Shown: positions 56,673 to 64,000 of the stretch, piece after piece
Layout of the letters: every line of letters begins with the position of its first letter
Position numbering within the stretch: position 1 is the stretch's first letter
From: Syncephalis fuscata S228
Taxonomy: Eukaryota; Fungi; Zoopagomycota
Assembly: GCA_025786725.1 (NCBI GenBank)
Contig: JAHLTZ010000003.1
Coordinates: forward strand, 620,001-684,000
Direction: 5' to 3'
Length of the DNA stretch: 64,000 bases
The notes under the pieces: generated by a model
Database searches by the model: none
Told to the model about the DNA's origin: nothing
Seen by the model: the letters and a program-made list of their open reading frames with translations, nothing else
Translations under genes and position numbers: made by a program

Positions 56673-57282
56673 TATGCATAAGTGTAAATAAAATAAAGAA
56701 AAGAAATAGTTGCTAAATCGCTAAGGGCTATTCATGTCAGTAATATTTTATTAAAGATAGCAATCATAACGCGTATCTATAATGATCATATGCATGACGT
56801 ATATTTTGAATTTATATGTATTGTGCAACCTTCAAAGGCCATCAACCCTTTGGAATAACGGCCCTTTTACAATTAAATTACCATACTTGAGTTATCTACT
56901 CTATCTAGCATGATAATGTCGTTCTGTATCACAATATTACTATATATTATCTCTTTAATAATATAATATAAGCTTTTGTAGTTATGTTAAGCCTACAACA
57001 TAATATGTGTCATGTTAATATTTGCCAACATGAATTATCATACTAAATAATATTATTAAGATTATATGAATGTTAAACCAAAATGTAAACATTAGCAATA
57101 GAATTATCGATAATACTAACTGTGGCGTAGTTTAGTCGTCAATGTTATGCAATATAACAACAATTAACTAACTGATATGGATAAAATATGAGTTCCACTA
57201 ATTCTTTCAACATTTATATTTCAATCACTAAATTAATTTTGATTTTGCAAAAAATACTATATTAAATAGATTGTATAATTAT

Positions 57283-59368
57283 TTAAGCAGTCTCATCCTC
57301 TCCATCGTCGTTGCTATCCATGCCGGCCATTGGATCAACGTCTGGATCATTTTCGTCATCGTCCGAATCGTCGCTATCAGGATCCATACCGCCACCATCG
57401 GCAACGCATAAAATAGGTTTCTGTATAGCATTGCAGTCAATAGTCAGCGTGTTGTAAATATAAATAGCTGTATTACTCGTTGCTAATAAAAACTTACATC
57501 TCTAATATCCTCTTCCTTGGGGAATGTAGCACGATCAGCAAATGTGCGACGTACTGCTCGGTTTGTAGATACATCCCATATACGTAAGCCACCAGTAGTA
57601 CCACAGACTGCCAGATTAAGCAGCGAATCGGGACAGAAACGGGCGTTGAATACTTTGCCTACACCTACTTCACGGCTCGCTACCATTGTTGGTTTTCCGC
57701 CACGTACATCCCAAACTTTAACAGTTTTATCGACTGACCCAGTTACCAAACAGCCAGCAATGGCAGGATGCACATCCACACTTGAGCAAGCATCATCGTG
57801 TGCTTGTAGAGTAAACACCGGTGCGCTATCATTGCCATTGCGTACATCAAAGCACAATACGTTACCATTTTCGGTGCTGACCTGTTTTCAGTTAATTATT
57901 AGCTATTTACGTATAATAAATAGACAGATTATACGTACATAAAGCTGCTGTGGAGAATGAAGGTCCCAAGCAACTGCCTCAACATCGGCAGCAACCGACC
58001 AGCGGGTGACATTATCAGGCGCGCGTGAATCAAATGCCATTACTTGACGATCGTAGCCACCGGTGGCCAACACAGTACTTTCTACAGGATGCCATGTTAC
58101 TGCTTGAACCTATTATAAATAGTATTAACTATAATTTATCTATAATGTGCTGACTACTTTGCTTACTTTATCTTTGTGGTGCTCCAAAGAATGTGCGCAT
58201 TTCAATGTATTCAAATCCCATAGCTTCACAGTTGTATCAGCAGAAGCACTAGCCAGGATATTTCTATACGAAATAATTAGGCTAAATAACAATTGATTAA
58301 TAATCTAAATTACCGATGAAGCTTGTTCCACGACAATGCCATAATAGCATCAGTATGATGTTCCTTTGATTTCTAAATTATACGTATATGTTAATTTATT
58401 TTGTAACAATCGTTGCATAGCTATTTACCTTGGCCTTCTTCTTCTTCTTATCCTTTTTAGTAGAGTCACTACCTCCTAGAATAGCGTCTGGATACATAGA
58501 GTCTACTGTATCCAAGTCCCAGATTTCAATTTCTGGTTCAAAGGTACCAACAGCAACATAATTGCCTATAACAAGTGCCATATTAGTGTTCTATCCCATG
58601 ATTGCTACATGCTATCCATTTACCATGACCGCCTTCTCCGGCACGTCGACCAGCTCGGAAATCCAGCCATTCAACGCAAAGTGGGAATGAAGGTAACATT
58701 ACGTCATGATGCACATACAAATTATCTTCTTGCTCTTCGAATACATATACTTCCAAATGACTGACATCGTCTTCGGTTCTGGCTGCCACAAGCATATTGT
58801 CAGTGGCACGAATACGTACATCTTCGTCATCGGAATCATTTTCATTCTAATTTTTGTTGAATAAATACACTCTTTATCATTTTAATTCCTACCTCATTCA
58901 TTACGATGTATGGATCTTCATCATTAGTTGTATGATAACTTAATCCTTGGATATTGCCAAAAATCGACACGCCTATTATTCAATTAAATATTAGAATACG
59001 TTTATAGCTATTTCCCAATAAAACTTGCCATTCTCATCACCATCATTATCTATCGCATCCTCGTCATCATCTGATGCTGGATCATCGTAATTATCCAAAT
59101 CATATTCAGCCAGTTCTGGATCAGTAACTGCAATTGATGTACCATTTGGCTGCTTTGTTTTAGTTGGTTTCTGCTTAGCTTCCGTTTCCACGTCCATTTC
59201 CGTATCTTCTGCCATGGCCATGGCTGCTTCATTGCCATCTAGGTCGGGCATACGCAGACGATCCCCAGCTAATTGGCTTACACGTTGGAATTCCTCTTCC
59301 GTCAACTCGTACTTGTCTGGCACTTCCCGTGCTACACCCTTGCGAATCCATGCTAAGGAGGAAATCAT
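57283..59368 (-). CDS. PWP1: Periodic tryptophan protein 1 (WD40, ribosome biogenesis)
   Basis: MISSLAWIRKG..PDKYEL, ELAEYDLDNYD, NLYVHHDVMLPSFPLCVEWLD, NYVAVGTFEPEIEIWDLD, WD40 repeats; first intron is GC-AG (59028-58973). Confidence 0.95.
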
Positions 59369-59602
59369 ATCTGGTTCTGTATTCTACCACTGTTACTACT
59401 ATCACCACAGCCACTTTTACAATAAGCCACTAGGAAAAAGAAACGAAAAAAAAGAAAAAACAAATCAAATTGCCGCTTGCTAATTTTGAATATAATAAAC
59501 CACGTGATTTGTTAGCTAGCTAGCTATTCTTTATTACTCATTTCGTTTATAAAAATACTTATGCATTCTGGTTCGTTGTTGTTATTCCAGTGTTAAAGGA
59601 GT

Positions 59603-60315
59603 ATGCATCGTAGAAAACAGTGTTGGCGAGCTACATTTTTGGAACGCTGTCATGCTGCTTCCTGTAATCAGCGTAGAAGAAAAGTAGAAGAGCAGCGGCA
59701 AATAAAGTCGTCTATAGTGAACCGGCAACGCAAACACACTCTAGAATTGGACGTTGATCCTTTCATTGATCAGACAGTATATAAACGGCAAAGACAGACT
59801 GTTCATAGCAATGAATTGCAAATGAAGATTAAAGTATCGGTTGCACAGACAGAATGTCAACCATCAAATACCTGTTCTAATATGATGTCGCATGAAGTGG
59901 CTTTTCTACCCTCTGATGACGATGACGAAAATAGTAATTATGGTAAGCAATAAAGACAATTAGTATAATAAATGCTTATTAATTTATTTAAATCTAGAAA
60001 AACAACCGGCTGTTATATGTCCGTTGTGTTGTGCGGAATTATTGAACTGTCAAGATCATAACATACTTTGCAGTTGTGGTATGAATCTGGACGTTGGCGC
60101 CAGTCTAAAACCACTCACTTATTTATTGACCGTATTAGCAGTACCACAAATGAACATGCGTAAGTCCCATTTTATTTGTTTAAATATTACAGATAATTAA
60201 TACTTAATACAGCTTAAACTGCTCCAAGCGATTGGCATTTACCTTGGATATAGTTTGTAAAACAAGTCTAGTTGTTCAATGTGCCTCGTGTAGCTATTAT
60301 GACATTGTGGTTTAA
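59603..60315 (+). CDS. RPA-interacting protein (RIP/RPAIN)-like zinc-finger protein
   Basis: WRATFLERC..QRR N-terminal motif; ICPLC..ILCSCG..NEHA.NC..LVVQCASC C-terminal pattern; 2 introns, one frameshift. Confidence 0.7.
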
Positions 60316-60447
60316 TTGTATTTATTTGTTGCATAATTGCGATAGAGTAAGAAAGTAAGAAAGAAGCGTAGAAAGAATTGAAAGAAATAAACGCAGATTT
60401 ATGGCTGCAAAGCAATAATGTCAACAAGCATATGTAAAGTGTGTAGC

Positions 60448-62356
60448 CTATTGATGGGGAAAAGCATTGGACATATAATTGCAGAAAAGCTCTTCTTTAA
60501 AAACAGTATCATCAGACATAGAAAGCGAAGTGTGGCGTGTTTCATTAGAGGGTGCGCCTATACTGTTGTGTTGTGTAGAAGCAGTTGATATGGGAGATAT
60601 CGCCGATGGCGGTATATGCGTTAATGAAGATTCTTGTGGAATTAATAATGGGCGGTGGATATATAGCCATTGTTATGCTCGGCTCTTTGTTGTAGCCAAT
60701 ACATAATGGCCATGTTCATTTCTTGTGAGTGAATTGACGATAGTGTTGTCAATGCGGCTGTAGATGTAGGCAATAATGAATACTGCGATGGAAATGGCGG
60801 TGGTCCACAAGATACGATACGCGATGATGCTGGTGGTGGTATAGAAGAATGGTAAAGAGGACAAGATGCTAATGAATTCGTCGTAGATGATGTCGTATAA
60901 GGTAATGTATACAAGGGAGATGAAGGTGGTGGCGGTGGTGGCTCCAGTTGATATGGTTTATGTTGTTGTATATCTTCAAATAAAGATAGATCCATGATTC
61001 ATATTGTCATTGTTATCATTAGCATCATCATTATTGAAGATAGGTGAATCAAGTGGTGTTAATATAAAGTTGTCTGAATCATTGGCGCAGCACCCTGTGG
61101 TTTGTGACTTGTTTGCGTTTAAATTGGTAAGATACCATCTAGTATCAGTAGGCAATGAATACAAGTCAGTATCAATGTGGATTGTTATAGGACTGGCATT
61201 GTTGAATCTATCGGTAGAAATGGCTCTAGATGATGGGAATGATAGATTGGGATCCTCATCTTCAGTTTTAACAATAGGCGATGCTGATAAGGATTGACGA
61301 CGACCAACAAGACTTGGATCCAATAGCAGCTTATCTTTCTGTAGCGTTGCCAATCTAGCAATGTTATTGAATGGGCGTAAAGGGCGGCGAAAATTTTGTT
61401 GTTCAATGAGTTGCGGACTAACAGTCAATCCGGCTAGTAAAGGCATTTGATCTGGATGTTTCAAGTTGAGCGGTGATTGTGCTATCATCAAATAACGTAA
61501 GCATAAAGTCCCACGTTTTTTATATACTTGCCTCGGTCGGAGTGCTGATAAGCCACTAAATGACAAGGATGTCCGTTGATCTTTACGGATATTGTACGTT
61601 TGATCATGCCATTGATTTTCAATACATAAAGTCCTTTATTACTGTTGAGTATTTGTGATGTATGAAATTCGCTAATTTCTGGATAAATTTTGTACAAGCG
61701 GTGCAAGGCTGCTTTCACATCCTTTGTAGACTTTAAAGAACTATAGGAACATTGGTTTTGGCCGTTAGCTGTTGCTGTTGTTGTCTTTTCAAGTAATCTG
61801 CCGATAGAAAAAACTTCACCATTATCAGCAGTCATTTTTTCTTCATCATCACTGTTATCTTCATCTTCGTCGTCGTCGTTTGATGGTGCTATAATGTTCC
61901 ATAAGCGAGAAAAAAGCTTCCGTGATCGATTAGGCCGCCAAGGTATTTTTAATTTAGCCTCTCGGTAAACAAGAAAATTACCATTGATACGAGAGGGCGA
62001 CCATAGTCGGCCATCGGTCCACCGACGTACACCGCTTGTCTCTTCGTCGAAAGTATAAACGCTACCGGGCCGAATAGTGCTTTTCTCACACTCGAGAAGA
62101 CGTCTTGCGGCAAACGATAGGATTCCTTGATGGCAAGCCTCTTTTAAAGTAACATAGGTAAGCAACCGTTTAAAAATAGTACAGAGTCTGTACTGCTTAC
62201 CAAATATCAGCAATGCATCCTCGGTCGTTGTGACCAAGGCTAGGCAAAATAGCAACTATGTTAGTTGGATATTGAAGCTGTTGCTAGCATCGATGACATG
62301 CAATTATAGTTACCGAAACAGGTTTCCAAAAAATGGGCGGTTGATGACTTGAACAT
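60448..62356 (-). CDS. Gti1/Pac2 (WOPR) family transcription factor
   Basis: ETCFGLVTTTEDALLIFEAC..RRL..E...IRPGSVYTFDE..GVRRWTDGRLWSPSRINGNFLVYRE; GMIKRTISV..HLVAY; low-complexity C-terminus with frameshifts; end approximate. Confidence 0.9.
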
Positions 62357-64000
62357 CTTTAGCGCGAAAGAATAGTTGAAGAGCAAGAAGGTTAAGCGAA
62401 GCAGGTGATAAAACGCCGTTTAGATGTACGGCAATAAGTGGCATAACTAACTAGCCTATATCAATAAAGATAAATGGCTATGATTGCATTTTGTTGGATG
62501 AAGAGTGTATTTAACAAGCGAATAGGCTAATAAAATGTTAAAGTATTCGACAAAGTAATTTATATGAAACCATATGGAACAATGACGCTATAGCAAGTGA
62601 GCCATCTATGTATCACTAAAAGTAATGCTATTAGCATAGCTAAAAACTGCTTTTATTTTACTAATCATACGGTTATTAGCAATTTATGTGTGCAATAAGT
62701 AATTATACCAAGCAATTATATTTACAATACGTATTACTATTAGCATTAATGTCAACAATACTAATACTGGTGCAATTAATGTATCAATCTAGTTAGTAAG
62801 TTTATCAATTTTTTAGTATTACACAAAAATAAATAGTAATAAATCATTTAACTATAAATGTTGATATGTACACTATAACAGTGTTAAATGGCACATGCTA
62901 GCACAACAGTAATAAATGGCATGTTTAGTAAAACTAGTTATAGTTGCAATAAAAATAGACTCAGCCGTGGGCCGATAACAAGTTGTGTAAAAAAAGGGCT
63001 GGAGTCGGCTGGGTCCGTATCAATATCGGCCATCACCGGAAAATAATTATAGCCAAAGAATGTTTTATTTTCCAAGTCCTATGTGGTCAAATGCAGCTGT
63101 TGCAACTGCAGGTCAGCTGAGTTATTGGGCATATCAAGCTGATCTATTGACGGAGCAAAATTTTACGTTTAGTGTTACAAAATAAGCCGGCCAAGAAAAG
63201 TATCCCCCACGCTACTAATGCCGAAATGTATACACTTGTGGGTACACCATCAGTTCAAGTGAATTATTTCATGGTCTCTGTTGACCGCATGAAAAACATA
63301 TCAACAGGCTTTATCGATATTGCATCAGCATTGCATTTCAATAGACTCGCGGCATTGCTTATCGATCTAGACGTACAGACGTACAGACGCGCATACCGAC
63401 ATACCCACATACATAAGTGCAGACAAGCATAGGTACGCAGGACAACGCGTGTACAAATCAGTCAAAGGACAAGCAAGGATGGCATGGTGCACATAGTTAT
63501 TACTGGATGGGTCGGGGAGGGATTAATGGTTGGATAGACGACTGGATAATGGCCTCAAAATGACGATTAATTATTTTCTCCTTTTGCATCCACATGGCAG
63601 CCTGAACAGAATTAGATAACAGAATTCTGTGACACAACCTCATCGGTGTATGTGTGTGTGTGTAGGCTTGTTGGTCTGCTGAGCTCTTGACTGACCTACT
63701 TGTTTACCGACCTATCCTCCCTCCACCCTGTATATCTGTGTTTTCCATCTGTGCCTGTGTTTGTACCAGTGCGAGCGAGTGAGTGGATGGGATACATTTG
63801 CATGCCCCATTTTAACGTTATCATTTGCCCATCCACGCCTGTCTGTCTTAGCATTGAGGACCGTTGATTGCTTTGGCATCATTGCCAATGTATTTGCTGT
63901 TGTACATTTCTAGCAATTATCTCCGCGCTACCAAAATTGTTCCTGCACGATATAAAGCCACCCTTTGTGCAGCCACTTACTTTTTTTGTAGCCATTCTTT

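Larger units (their letters stand above)
52573..56885. repeat. Inverted segmental duplication; outer 767 bp (52573-53339 / 56119-56885) apparently identical
   Basis: Direct reverse-complement comparison of upstream region and 5' CDS. Confidence 0.93.

Noticed and set aside
62940-64000. GC-richer stretch with a small hairpin (GACTCAGCC..GGCTGGAGTC) as a possible ncRNA or tRNA-Sec
   Set aside because: No cloverleaf or recognisable RNA family by eye; probably regulatory DNA. An Infernal or Secmarker run would settle it.

Overview
AT-rich, gene-dense fungal genomic DNA with many short introns (about 50-110 nt, mostly GTAAGT...TAG). Intron style, secreted kinase-like genes, Crinkler-like genes and F-box-like paralogs suggest an early-diverging fungus, probably Zoopagomycota such as Syncephalis (inference). 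Two blocks of housekeeping genes flank an accessory island at about 22.7-33.0 kb. The left block has a subtilisin, Kelch-BTB, PKA catalytic subunit, OAC1-like carrier, ERG9, Gfd2/QIP-like exonuclease, CSC1/TMEM63, DCD1 and RRP40. The right block has NAB2, NPC1, C1D/RRP47, an SP-RING E3, NVJ2, PSTK, histone H3, an aldo-keto reductase, PWP1, RPAIN and Gti1/Pac2. The island is bounded by two same-orientation remnants of a Fanzor (eukaryotic TnpB) 3' end. It contains a Crinkler-like nuclease gene, a 383-bp-arm inverted repeat, a secreted pseudokinase and a gene missed by the ORF track. That gene has a signal-peptide exon followed by ten consecutive 3-nt micro-exons separated by ~80-nt repeat-like introns, and splices to MRLFIAIFCVLFVAFVANTNIVDATPTLTRR-GEKRCPYINC*. 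Also notable are a PSTK gene (selenocysteine pathway, rare in fungi), an inverted pair of F-box-like genes with patchwork identity, and four GC-AG introns. Many conserved genes carry single-base frameshifts, often at homopolymers, most likely assembly errors. Exon boundaries were read by eye.
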